From Curvularia clavata (lineage: Eukaryota): DNA of 64,000 bases. The first letter of the stretch is position 1. Each line of letters starts with the position of its first letter. The notes beneath the pieces were generated by a model. It had not been told where the DNA came from and made no database searches. It was given only the letters and a program-made list of their open reading frames with translations. The translations under genes were made by a program, and so were the position numbers. The stretch covers positions 5,704,001 to 5,768,000 of the forward strand of contig CP089274.1 in NCBI GenBank assembly GCA_023920165.1, read 5' to 3'. Positions 49,184 to 59,930 of the stretch are shown piece by piece.

Positions 49184-51391
49184 ATGGCACGAATGGAAGC
49201 CACAACGATCCGAAAATCCATTGTAATAGAAACCATTCCGAACGCCTCTCTTGAGCAGACTGGGTTTGCAAAATCCCTCCTTTCCAGAGCGATGTTCGCT
49301 GATTCACTTTACTTTTCGCCTTCGCCGTATACTCCGCTCCCTGACAATTCCTGGTTTCGTTTGGTAGTTCTGCTTCCTGGGGAATTTGAAGATGACATAT
49401 TCTGCCACCTTGTGCCTATTCAAAAGGCACATGCCCAACATATGTACGAAGCACTGTCTTATACTTGGTCCCCTCTTGGTCTCGATGATATGAGAGAGGA
49501 GGAAACCATCACATGCAATGGACACTTGATAACAGTGGAGGAAAATCTTGGGCTGGCCCTTCGGTGGTTACGTTCTATCTCAGAACCTAGAATCATTTGG
49601 GCAGATCAGCTTTCGATCAACCAAAGCGATAAGAGAGAACAGAGTGAGCAAGTGCAAGACATGAGTTCTGTTTACGCTCAGGCCAAAGATACTATTATAT
49701 GGCTTGGAAGCGATGAACGCAACAATGCCTGCGAAGCATTCAAGGCTGTATGTCGACTAGTGAACTCTTGGGACGCAGCAGAACACGCCACATACCAAAT
49801 CTGGAATGAAAATACGAAGACTTACGACCATCAGAAGCCTAGCGGACGATTCTCGGAAAGCGATAGATCGGCATCGTTCGACCTTGGAGTCTTGTATGGT
49901 AGCACTTGGTTCGAGCGCCGATGGGTCATTCAAGAAGCAGCTCTCTCCAATTCAGCAACCGTATGTTGGGGTAGAGAAAGGGTTTCATGGCGGCATGTTG
50001 GACTGGCAGCTGCGATTCTGAGGATGCAGCACCTCAATTTAATACAAAAATGGTCCCGTTCCGGAATGGATCACTGGGTCTCCGGGGTATATCACGCATA
50101 CTTGATCTTTCGGCTTTCAAAGCAAAAGGCCCTTCCCTCAATGGAGCTATCTTTTCTCAACTTACTCCGACTTACACAAGCTTTTCATACGACAAAGTCC
50201 CACGACATTGTTTATGCGCTATTAGGCATCACTACTACCGACAACAACCCTAACAGCGAGCAGTTCCTGGATGTCGACTACACAATCCCCGAGCATGATC
50301 TTTGGCTGAAAGTAGCTGAGAAGATGTTGAAGACTAATTCTCTTGCGTTCCTTTGCAATGCAGGACTGGAGAAGCGCAGCAACGAAGTTGGAGAGCAAGC
50401 TTCGGCTCCTAATGTCCCAACATGGGTTCCGACGTGGGAACGCAATACTACTGGCATGATGGCACCTTGGACTATTGGCTCTAGCTACAATCCTTCCAAG
50501 GGCTTTTCATTTAGGAGATGGAAGACTGACTGTGCAGCACATCTCGCGGTCGACGGCATCCAGGTCGGCACCGTGCTGTGGACAAGCCAGATGATTAAGG
50601 ACGGAGTTGCCACGAACGCTGACGAGCTTCGCCGGCTGGTTCGCCTACCAGCTTTCCAATCGTCTCCCCGCAATTCTACGGCCCCAAAGTTCTTGGGGCT
50701 GATCAAAGGGCAAGCTTCAAATCTCTTTTCAACCCGTAAAATTGCTGCTAGCAAAGAAACCCTCCAACGGGTTGCGAGAGCCCTGTCCGCGGGTAGAGAT
50801 GCGTACGGAGCACTTGACGACGGCCGTTCATCTCTCACAAGCGACTTTGCCGCATTTCTCGCCCAAACTGAGTATTTGGAGAAAGCAAGACCTCCCTGGC
50901 GTCCCGTGGTGGATGAACGTGTAATAAGTGAGCAGGACAAATATCGTCTCCTAGTTGAAAAAACAATGCACAAAAAAGACGTGCAACGGTTTCTTAAAGT
51001 CGTAGACATGATCTGTGCCCGACGCAGACTCTTCGTTACATCAAGTGGTCATCTCGGATACGGTCCTGAACATACCAGACCCGGGGACGTAGTGGTCATT
51101 CTTGGAGGAGCAAATATGCCACTTATGCTCCGGAAGAAGGAAGCGCTATACCAATTGCTCGGCGAATGCTTCATCGATGAGATTATGTCGGGCGAGGCAG
51201 TTCAGGCTATGCAGAAGGGAGAGCCCCTGCGAGGTCATTTCGATGTCGAAAATCTGGTGAAAGGCTTGTTCAGCTTTGAAGGGCTTGAGAATGCGGACGC
51301 GGATTTGCTGCAATCGGAACTTGGCAGGATTATGGATTATCTAGAGAAGGAATACCAGGTACTCAAAGTGAGACGATTCGACCTCTGTTAG
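49184..51391 (+). CDS. HET-domain protein of the HET-6 type; 5' end uncertain
   Basis: FRLVVLLPG, YEALSYTW, WADQLSINQSD, WFERRWVIQE, DIVYALLG, PTWVP, RRLFVTSSGHLGYGP...GDVVVILGG...LLGECFI. Confidence 0.88.
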   Translation: MARMEATTIRKSIVIETIPNASLEQTGFAKSLLSRAMFADSLYFSPSPYTPLPDNSWFRLVVLLPGEFEDDIFCHLVPIQKAHAQHMYEALSYTWSPLGLDDMREEETITCNGHLITVEENLGLALRWLRSISEPRIIWADQLSINQSDKREQSEQVQDMSSVYAQAKDTIIWLGSDERNNACEAFKAVCRLVNSWDAAEHATYQIWNENTKTYDHQKPSGRFSESDRSASFDLGVLYGSTWFERRWVIQEAALSNSATVCWGRERVSWRHVGLAAAILRMQHLNLIQKWSRSGMDHWVSGVYHAYLIFRLSKQKALPSMELSFLNLLRLTQAFHTTKSHDIVYALLGITTTDNNPNSEQFLDVDYTIPEHDLWLKVAEKMLKTNSLAFLCNAGLEKRSNEVGEQASAPNVPTWVPTWERNTTGMMAPWTIGSSYNPSKGFSFRRWKTDCAAHLAVDGIQVGTVLWTSQMIKDGVATNADELRRLVRLPAFQSSPRNSTAPKFLGLIKGQASNLFSTRKIAASKETLQRVARALSAGRDAYGALDDGRSSLTSDFAAFLAQTEYLEKARPPWRPVVDERVISEQDKYRLLVEKTMHKKDVQRFLKVVDMICARRRLFVTSSGHLGYGPEHTRPGDVVVILGGANMPLMLRKKEALYQLLGECFIDEIMSGEAVQAMQKGEPLRGHFDVENLVKGLFSFEGLENADADLLQSELGRIMDYLEKEYQVLKVRRFDLC

Positions 51392-51770
51392 TAGATTGCT
51401 AGTACGTTTCTTATTTTAGTAGTATTATCAAGCTATTTATAAAGAAATTAATTAAAATATAAAACTAAATTGAGTGGACAAGACATTACCTATAGTTGAG
51501 TATTTCATCCTTATCCCTAAGCATGCGTATCGGCAAATGGCCTCTTTGATTCCTTGAATCATGAAAAATTAGCTATTGACGAACCAACCGTGTTTTATGA
51601 CATGGCCTTGTCAAGTAACTATCATTACATCTGACTAGTGAGATTGGCTTTTCTTGGATTCGTACCATTCTTTACCGCCTCCATTCCAAGGGTATGTTTT
51701 CAACAGCAGATATGTTGCTCCAAGCCAAGACTTTGATGTTGGTGGCGGGTGAACAGGCTCGAAAGGTCCT

Positions 51771-53559
51771 TCAACTAGTCTCCCCCATACGTACAACCGA
51801 CACAACAAGACGTTGAGTTTGAATCTGTCCCCACACTGAAGTTATATGATCCACCTTTGTACCAAAACTCAGCCAGAAAAACCCATTTTTGGTCTTGACC
51901 GTGAGTTCATTGCGTAGTGGCCATTTTTTTGTTTTATCATACCCAATGACGTCCCATGGCACACCAGACTCTTGGTATCTGTCTGCGTATATGAGATGAG
52001 ATTGATTGAATGGACATCCATCATCAAGGACCCCTAGATCGAAGCCAAGGAATGGTTTCCTGCGGTAGCAAAGTAATTTTACTGGGATATAGTCGGTCTT
52101 CACAAGTATTTCGAGTTCTAGTAGCAGAGCGATGTTTGACAAATCAAGAGAGTAGCCATTATCCAAGAACATGTTGCCAGTATGGTCCCAATACGCTGTT
52201 GGAAAAGCTGATATGATGTTGACTTTTTCGGATGGCTGAACGCTCAGTGTCATTTTGCGGCAAGATGCAAATGCCTTCGATAGAGCAACACGGGAGTCCA
52301 TGACAATATGAGAGTTGCGAATATCTTGACGACCATATGTACGTCTTAATATCTCCAAATTGTTTTCAGCAAGTCGACAATAGAAATGCGGGGCCAGCTT
52401 GCGCAGAAATATTCCGTGCATCAGGCTACGGCCAGTAGGATCTATTCCCAAGGGCATAAAATAAACTGTTCGAAGAGATCCACCGGTACGTTGGATATTC
52501 ACAAGTTGTAGAGAAACTTTGGTAGATAGGGATAGTCCTTTGTTTGTCGTGGAAAATTCTCCAAGTGAATTAGAAGAAGCAACCACATTGTGTTTGTCGG
52601 CAAAATTTGCAGGGCTTGGAGCGAAGCACCCGATAAATTTCTGGTATGAGTCCTGCAAGCAGCGCCAGAAAAGAATGGTAAAGTCATTGTCACGTTTTAC
52701 GATTTCCTCTTGTAAGCGGCGAAAGGCTTTTCGCCCTTCGCCATAGATCAGGGGCATGTTGACATCGAAAATCCCTAGCAGACAGTATGCTACGTCCTCT
52801 TGTCGCTTAGTTTGGCGGCCGGCCGCCCAAGCCATTCTTTGTGCGATGCAGAATGAGGACAGCTCGCGCGCACCTAGAAGCGCTCTCTCATGGATTTTGG
52901 TAAAACGTGAAATAGACCGAGCATAATCAGCTTTGGTACCTATAAAATCCCAACTCTTGTTAAAAAATTTGAGTACAGGTGGCGCAATCAGCTCTTGCAG
53001 TGTCCAGCCGCGCGAGAACCAGCGACAGTTTTGCATCATGTCCTCGGGCTCATGTCCAGGAATCAGGTCTTCCAGAAAGGCATAACAGACTTGGGCTGAT
53101 TTGTACCATTGGAACATGGAGTTGATGGACTCTGTCAGCTCGGCGCTGCTCGACTTGTCAACTAAAATAGGCGTAGATAGCGTTAGCTTCTTTTCACGAA
53201 CGCTCATACTCTACGCCTTCTGAGCCCATGCGAGACAATCATGGAAAGGAGAGGAACGACTCACTTGTACATCACACGTTAGCAAAGCTGTTTTCTCTAC
53301 CTTTGGTAAGTGCAACTTACCTGCAACATGTATCGACCCAAAAATACGTGAGACCATCTGCTGCCGTTTGCCTGGCACAAGCACGTATTTTATCAAACCC
53401 TAACTTTCTTTGGCCGGTCCCTTGTACCATATCTTGATACGTGACCTCTTGATTGTCTGGACCCCAGGTGTGTGAGAGAATGGCGTAGGGTGGGATCTCT
53501 TGCCCCGTGAACTCAACAAGGCTGAAGCTGCCATCATCCTGTATATGTAGGAGACGCAT
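51771..53559 (-). CDS. HET-domain protein (HET-E-type N-terminal domain, no NACHT), 542 aa; exons 53559-53322 and 53161-51771
   Basis: MRLL...PPYAILSHTWG...FWVDTCC|IDKSSSAELTESINSMFQWY...WFSRGWTLQELIAP...EDVAYCLLGIFDVNMPLIYGEG. Confidence 0.88.
53162..53321 (-). other. Putative [D1,2] stwintron: internal intron 53320-53264 nested in the donor of an external intron (G at 53321 + 53263-53162)
   Basis: Minus strand reads TGC A|G-[GTAAGT...GCTAAC-14nt-AAG]-TGAGT...GCTAAC...TTTAG|TT GAC AAG. It has two branch sites, and two-step removal gives CC-IDKS. Confidence 0.75.
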
Positions 53560-53904
53560 AGGGCTTATTTTGAATTTATCGTAGATGCAGAAAACAAAAA
53601 GAGTGAGTTAGAATGTTGATGCGAGTTTACGCTGGCTTTCTTGGAATATGATGTTGTGATAGATAAGAGGAAGTGAAATGTAGAGAGGGCAAGACAAGGC
53701 GGGGCTGAAGGTGTAGCAGGCAGAAGCCACCAACACGTGCCTACGAGGCTTTAGCGACATGCCCAAGTCAGCCTTGCGCCGTCTTTAAACAGGTTTTGCG
53801 GAAAGACAGATTCCTTTTCTTTCAAGCATTGTTAACGAATTCAACACAGAAAATAGAAAACTGTGCCATTTGACTCTACATAACCCCTCGTATCCCCGAG
53901 CTCA

Positions 53905-54792
53905 TCAAAGCTCACTCTTCCACGAAAGATCCTCCGGCACGCCCATTTGTCTCTGCTGAAAGTTCAGTATACGCTGCAGGAAGATGGGCTTGATGCTCAA
54001 AATGCCAATGAAGCTCAACAAAATCATGAGCACGACACCGAGGCCCACACCCAACGCTACAGCATCCAGCTGCCTCCTCACTTTCCTCAACCAGGCCTTT
54101 GTGTCTTCAACAGCAATGTTCTCATCGTATGCGCGTCGTGCGCTCATCAAACCCGGAAGGTCGTCCAGAGAACGATGGTTGAACTGCTTTTGGTAGTCGC
54201 CAAGTTCCCTCTTCTCCATCATCTTGCGAGCCCAGTCCTCCATGGTATCCGGGTGCTTGGAACTATGCTCTTCATGAGTGTCATGCTCGTGGTTTGCATA
54301 AGTGATGGCGTCGCCTGCGGCTTCCGTGCCGTCAGTCGTTCCGTTGGTGATTTGTGGCACCTGGAAGCCGCAGCTCGTCTGCACTTTTTGGATTTTAAGT
54401 ACAATGACTGCTCTCACACCGGCAATATCAACATCATCGCCGTTTTCGGTCGACATCTTGGCGCGGATTTGGCTAAAGTACTGATCCCACTTTTCGACTA
54501 CTTTTCCCTTGCAGAACAGTCGCATAATCTTTGGCTTGGGGCCGAACGAGGAAAACAAGAGAGTAACACGCCCATTTTCGTAAATGTGTGAGATGGTCTC
54601 GCAGCCACTTCCTGTAGCGTCGAGGTAGGCAACTGTGTTGGGTCCTAGGACGGCAAAGGTCTTCGAAGGGTGGCCCTTAGGCGAGATGTTGATGTGATCA
54701 CCGGCCCACGGTGCGCTGGCGACAAAGAAGATAGGTTGCCTCGTGATAAAGTCGATGTGATCTTGGGTAAGGGAAGGATAGAATTTGACCAT
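53905..54792 (-). CDS. Pyridoxamine 5'-phosphate oxidase-like FMN-binding protein with C-terminal TM helix
   Basis: FFVASAP, HINISPKG, YLDATGSGCETISH, ENGRVTLLF, VQTSCGF motifs (YLR456W-like family). Confidence 0.85.
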   Translation of the reverse strand: MVKFYPSLTQDHIDFITRQPIFFVASAPWAGDHINISPKGHPSKTFAVLGPNTVAYLDATGSGCETISHIYENGRVTLLFSSFGPKPKIMRLFCKGKVVEKWDQYFSQIRAKMSTENGDDVDIAGVRAVIVLKIQKVQTSCGFQVPQITNGTTDGTEAAGDAITYANHEHDTHEEHSSKHPDTMEDWARKMMEKRELGDYQKQFNHRSLDDLPGLMSARRAYDENIAVEDTKAWLRKVRRQLDAVALGVGLGVVLMILLSFIGILSIKPIFLQRILNFQQRQMGVPEDLSWKSEL

Positions 54793-55291
54793 GATGAAGG
54801 CGGTAACCAAAAGGCGGTAAGTGCTTAAGGATTCAGTTATTATTGAAGTTGAGTCCAAGAAATTGGCGTGAGTTCTGGTTAAAAACGCAGGTGATGCGCG
54901 CAGAAAAGGTCCTGTGGAATGCCAGTAGTCCTGTGCGGATTGCCCGGGATGGTACCCTGAAAGGGGTGTATGTGGAAGATAAGATGGTAAAGGCTGAAGA
55001 ATTCAAACACCAATTGTCGACGTGTCGGACGCGGAAACGTGGGATCAGAGACCTGAATGGATTTGGGAGATGACAATCGAGCGTGCTGTCTTCCTAATGG
55101 CGTACAAATTCTAAGAGGAAGCTTTATATCGCGAGAATCTGGCGCAAGAAAGATTGAGTCGTCTCAATGCACGGTAGCGGCCCCATACCTTTTAAGTACT
55201 AGGCTGCTAGCTACAAGTGGGGGCGGGGCGCATCAACTATGAATCGCGAAGCCGTAACATCACACGCATAATACACAGCTCTACAGTCAAC

Positions 55292-55890
55292 ATGGTGCTC
55301 GCACTAGCATTAAAAGCAGAACTCAACGGGTTAGTTTACCGTGAAGCTTTCATGTCATCCTTTGTACTGATTTCCCTTACCTAGAGTGACGGACCTCCGC
55401 CCCAACGACACCGAAGATGCGCCTTTCTTCTACACTTTCAAAGTGCAATGCACATCATGTCGCGAGATACACCCAAACTACGTCACGGTGAACCGGTTCG
55501 AGATGAACGAGCAAAGCGGCAGTAAAGGCGAGGCCAACTTTGTATGGAAGTGCAAGAACTGCAAGGTTATTCTGCCCATGCGCTCTTTCACTACTCCTAC
55601 CAAATTGCTAACACACTCAATAGAGGGAGCATTCGGCGAACGTCAAATCCGCGCCCGCATCATATCCGCAGAGCGACCCACCAAAGAAGATCAACATACT
55701 CGAGTTTGACTGCAGAGGGCTGGAGTTTACGGAGTTCAAGGCTGAGGGCGAGTTCCTGGCCACAGGAATTGAATCTGGCACCAAATTCTCGGGCATTGAG
55801 CTGCCCGATGGTGAATGGTTCGATTACGACGAGAAAGCTGGCGAGGAAGTCAGCATCACAAATGTTGAGTGGGAGATTCGCCGCGCATAG
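55292..55890 (+). CDS. DUF866 / UPF0587 (CZIB, C1orf123-like) zinc-binding protein; introns 55330-55384, 55566-55623
   Basis: CTSC and CKNC pairs, GSKGEANFVWKC, FDCRGLE, WFDYDEKAGEEVSI. Confidence 0.9.
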
Positions 55891-56325
55891 AGGCAATTCT
55901 TGGGAACTGTTGGGCGAATACCGCATGTGCTTAGAGCACATTTTGTCGCTAGGAGGCTCTGATGGCGGCTATCCAGTACGTAGTCAGCTATGATAACATT
56001 GGTAGACAATACTGCTATCAGTTGAGGTGTGTTAAAAACGAGGGAGACACAGACGTAATAATCAGAGATACTCAAGTCCAGAGCACGGCTTTACGTGGAT
56101 TACCTACTTTCATAACCTGTGTACGGCTTCATTTTGGAATATTTTGTCTCTGGACACTGCAAGAACCGTAAAGACATAATCGACGGAGGTAGTATAGAAA
56201 AAAAGTGGGTATCATTTATCGTCTAGTTACATGAATCTTAATAGCAATCAGGAAGGAAAGCATAGACGCTCGTTGTAGTTAGCGAAATTGCCCCCCTAAG
56301 GAGCATAGATTGTGTAAACAGCGCC

Positions 56326-58497
56326 TTATTTCTTCAACGTTCTTAGCAAGGGAGCGATCCTTGCTCGTTTGCTCAAGCCCACGCGGTACGGTACTTTGCC
56401 TTTAGTCATTGGCGAAGCAGTTGTAGATTTTGCTAATTTCTCTGGCGTATCCGATGCTGTAGCTGGCAAGGGTTTCGAGGGAAGGTCGGGTTCATTTGTG
56501 TGCTCAGAGCTCACTGGTTCCACTGGTTCTATCGGTTCCACTGGCTCGGCTTTCTCAAGCACAACTTCTGAGTCTAGGTCCACCTTCTCCGTGGCCAAGT
56601 TTGACTCGATAGTTTTTGGGAGTTCGCTAGGCTGCTCCGCCTTGGCGTCCTGCTCCGAAGTTTTGATGGGCTCGAGGGTCTCATTGGTTTTGGCCGTCTT
56701 CTTAGGGCGGCCTCGACCCCTCTTCTTCTCGGTGACAACCTCTGGAGCTTTGGCGGTCGTTTGAGACGATTCCGCCCCAGGCTGGTCCGATGCGGTCTTC
56801 TGGCGTTTTGTCTTCTTACTCGACGCGCTGGTGGCGTCGTCCACCTTTTTAGCAGCAGGCTTGGGTGACTTTTTCGGTATTACCACTTGCACCTTGGTAG
56901 GGCTCACATTTTGGGCTGATTCTGAGGGTAGGTCTAACTCCGAAGTTGTTGTGATGGGCTGGACTGTAATACTATCCGTGTCCGGCACGACTGATCGAGC
57001 ACTTTGCGCAATCTTATCGTCGTCTCGGTGGTACTCGTTCAAGCCACGCATTATGTCCTGCACAGCCTGAGCATCGACCGCAGGGAGCTCATTCCCTTTT
57101 CTTTGTTTGGGCATCGGTCTTGGTGGACTTTGCGGTGCCAGCTCGTCATGGCCGATATTGTTAGTAACCAGCCAATCCACAGTCTGGATGACGTCACCGT
57201 TGTTCCTTTTCAAAGCCCCAGCAGTGGTCGAAGGCGTGAAGCCCATGTCGCAGATTTGCCGCACTTTCTCGGGCGTCGTGATAGAATTTGCAGCCCGCAT
57301 CTCAGCCGTCGTTCTTCGACGTTTACTGACCTTCATGGCTTTTTCAGGGCGGATAGAATAGTCGATTGGCTCTTCTGTGTCGACCTTTAGTGATCTTGAG
57401 CGGCTAGGTCTTGGCTTATATTGCTCCTCCGGAAGTCCGATCGCCGTAAGTTCGTCATCGGAGCTAGGGGGCGGTTGGCTGTGCTGCCGAAAAGACGATG
57501 CTTTGGCTCCCATCTGTTCATTACTATGACACTCTGACCGTGCAGCCAATGATGCTTTCGACATTGTCTGAGGATCATTCTTGGAAGCTACTGGCTCACT
57601 GTCCACATGATCGCGCTCTGTATGATCCCAGTTGTTCTTGAGTGGACTTCTCTCGAGGTGAAGTGAGGACGCAGGCAGCCCAAGATCCTTCTGCATAGTC
57701 AAGAGAGGTGTGCCCGATGATGTGCCAGGTGGTGGTTCACGAGCTGATGATTCGGCCTGCTCATTTGTCCCTGCTGGTGTGAACTTCATTAGGTCTGACC
57801 AAGGTGGTGATGGGTCAGGTGGGGGTTGATAGCAAGGCCCTCCGGTTCCCGACTCCTGACCCAGCATTATCGGGGCCTTCACAACTTCCAAAACGCGCTG
57901 CTGGGTCATGGTGGCGTTTGGAACGGTACTGGAGGGCTCGCCAAACATGGACGGATCATGTTGGGCGTAGTCGTTGCGCATTGTGCCTTCCAAGTTCCAG
58001 GGTACTTCAGGCAAACTCACGAGATCGTAGCCGGCAGCAATTTCAACAGGAGGGAAATGTGCCAAAGAGTTGTGCATTGAAGGACTATTGTGATTAAAAC
58101 CTGCGCTGTTTCCATAGGCAGCAGAGTCGTCCCCTTTGGCGGATATGCCAAGTAGGGGTTGGCCGGGGCTCAAGTGAGGTTCTGTCTTCCTTCTCTTATT
58201 TGGATGTTCAGATTCAGGTAAAGAGACCGAGGACTGTAGCTCATTCTGACTGGGCCGAGGCTGTAGATGAACACTGTACCCTTCATCACTTGGTCTGCTT
58301 AACGGATCTGGAGCAACGGTTAGTGTCACAGCGGAAGATGGTTGCAAGAACATGTCAGTCCTACCAATGCCACCCGTGCTCTGTGGATTATGACAACCAG
58401 GCCGCTGACTGGACGCGCGTGGCTGTTGTGATATTGGCAGTTCGGCTTCAAGGTCTTCGTCGAGCTCATCGTCTGAATCCTGAACGATGCGTGCCAT
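56326..58497 (-). CDS. Disordered nuclear protein with UBA domain and AT-hook
   Basis: UBA: VRQICDMGFTPSTTAGALKRNNGDVIQTVDWL; AT-hook KKRGRGRPKK; conserved-looking C-terminus YRVGLSKRARIAPLL; IGLPEEQYKPRPSRSRS block. Confidence 0.8.
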   Translation of the reverse strand: MARIVQDSDDELDEDLEAELPISQQPRASSQRPGCHNPQSTGGIGRTDMFLQPSSAVTLTVAPDPLSRPSDEGYSVHLQPRPSQNELQSSVSLPESEHPNKRRKTEPHLSPGQPLLGISAKGDDSAAYGNSAGFNHNSPSMHNSLAHFPPVEIAAGYDLVSLPEVPWNLEGTMRNDYAQHDPSMFGEPSSTVPNATMTQQRVLEVVKAPIMLGQESGTGGPCYQPPPDPSPPWSDLMKFTPAGTNEQAESSAREPPPGTSSGTPLLTMQKDLGLPASSLHLERSPLKNNWDHTERDHVDSEPVASKNDPQTMSKASLAARSECHSNEQMGAKASSFRQHSQPPPSSDDELTAIGLPEEQYKPRPSRSRSLKVDTEEPIDYSIRPEKAMKVSKRRRTTAEMRAANSITTPEKVRQICDMGFTPSTTAGALKRNNGDVIQTVDWLVTNNIGHDELAPQSPPRPMPKQRKGNELPAVDAQAVQDIMRGLNEYHRDDDKIAQSARSVVPDTDSITVQPITTTSELDLPSESAQNVSPTKVQVVIPKKSPKPAAKKVDDATSASSKKTKRQKTASDQPGAESSQTTAKAPEVVTEKKRGRGRPKKTAKTNETLEPIKTSEQDAKAEQPSELPKTIESNLATEKVDLDSEVVLEKAEPVEPIEPVEPVSSEHTNEPDLPSKPLPATASDTPEKLAKSTTASPMTKGKVPYRVGLSKRARIAPLLRTLKK

Positions 58498-58708
58498 TTT
58501 TAATCATTTCCTGGCTGTTGCAGTACGTTGGCGGCGCCGTGGGAAAGTCACCTGGAGTCGTGTTGGGGCTGCCGCGTCGGATACGCGCTATCACGGGCGC
58601 GACGAGGCGCTAGTGCTGCGGACTTGCTGTTTTGGGCAGATGCCGTCAACTTTGTGGCACCCGCTTCCTACATCTAGACTTTCTCACTACCAACATTGTT
58701 CTACAGCC

Positions 58709-59930
58709 ATGGATCGATTCGCTTCGAGCTCGGGCGACCCTAGCGATGCCTCGAATAACTCGCGCTTTACCTCGCAAGCCGCCACCGCCGAAGATTTGCT
58801 CAAGGCGCAAACCGTCGGTCTCGTAAACCTGAATGATTACCGCAAGCGACGCGCAGAAGCACTGGACAGAAAAGAACGGGGCGACTCGGGGCTTGACTCT
58901 GGAGCCAGCACACCGTTGGATGGGTAAGGATAAACGCCTTATTTTTGGTCTATTTGCTAATTTGCAAAGTACAGGGCATCGACACCAAAGCCAGTCTTTA
59001 AGAAAAAGCGCAAGATAGCCGCCAAAGGCAAGCTCTCGTTCGGCACAGAGGAAGAGGATGACACCGACTCTACGGTTTCCAAGACAGTCAGTCCACGCCA
59101 AAGCACGCCCAGCGACCCTTCGGCCGACAATACTGCAGCAGAAGGCAATGTGGTCAAGAAGAAGTTGGGTGCAAATGCGAGCGTTGGACTGAAGCCTCGT
59201 GTCATGACCAAGACGGCTCTGCAGCGCGAGGCACAGCAGGCAGAGCTTGCACGACAGGATTTTGTCAAGATGCGCGACGCCGTCAAGGCGACCGAAGTTG
59301 TGATACCATTCGTCTTCTACGACGGCACCAACATCCCAGGCGGACGATGCAGACTGAAGAAGGGGGAGCAGATCTGGCTGTTCTTAGACAAAGCAAGGAA
59401 GCTCGGGGCAGAGCTGGGTGTAGGTGGGGATAGAAGCCGGAGGGACTGGGCGAGAGTCAGTGTAGACGACTTGATGCTTGTCAGGGGAGAGATCATCATA
59501 CCACACGTAGGTTGCACGTGAGCATGGGTTCGCATTTCTTTGCTGACATTGGAGGTAGCATTACGAGATCTACCACTTCCTATTCAATAGGGTGAGTGGC
59601 CCTGACGGCCCCATCTTTGACTACTCGGCCCAGCCGACCAAGGCTACCCCAAACGCCACGGACGCCGGCGACGAGGCCGAGGCCGATGCAGCCACGTACG
59701 ACCCACTGGCGCAGCCGCTCAAGAAGAAGAGCAAGGAGTCGAGCATACCAGACGAAGAGCTCGAGGGATTTGGAGAAGACGCGGCGCTGACAAAAGTGGT
59801 TGATAGACGGTGGTACGAACGCAATAAACACATCTTCCCGGCGAGCACATGGACAGAGTACGCACCGGACAAGGACCTGTCCCAGATGCAGCGCAAGGAC
59901 GCACAAGGGAACGCTTTCTTCTTCTCGTGA
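58709..59930 (+). CDS. XAP5/FAM50 family nuclear protein; introns 58924-58974, 59507-59558
   Basis: [60 protein letters not shown]. Confidence 0.9.
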
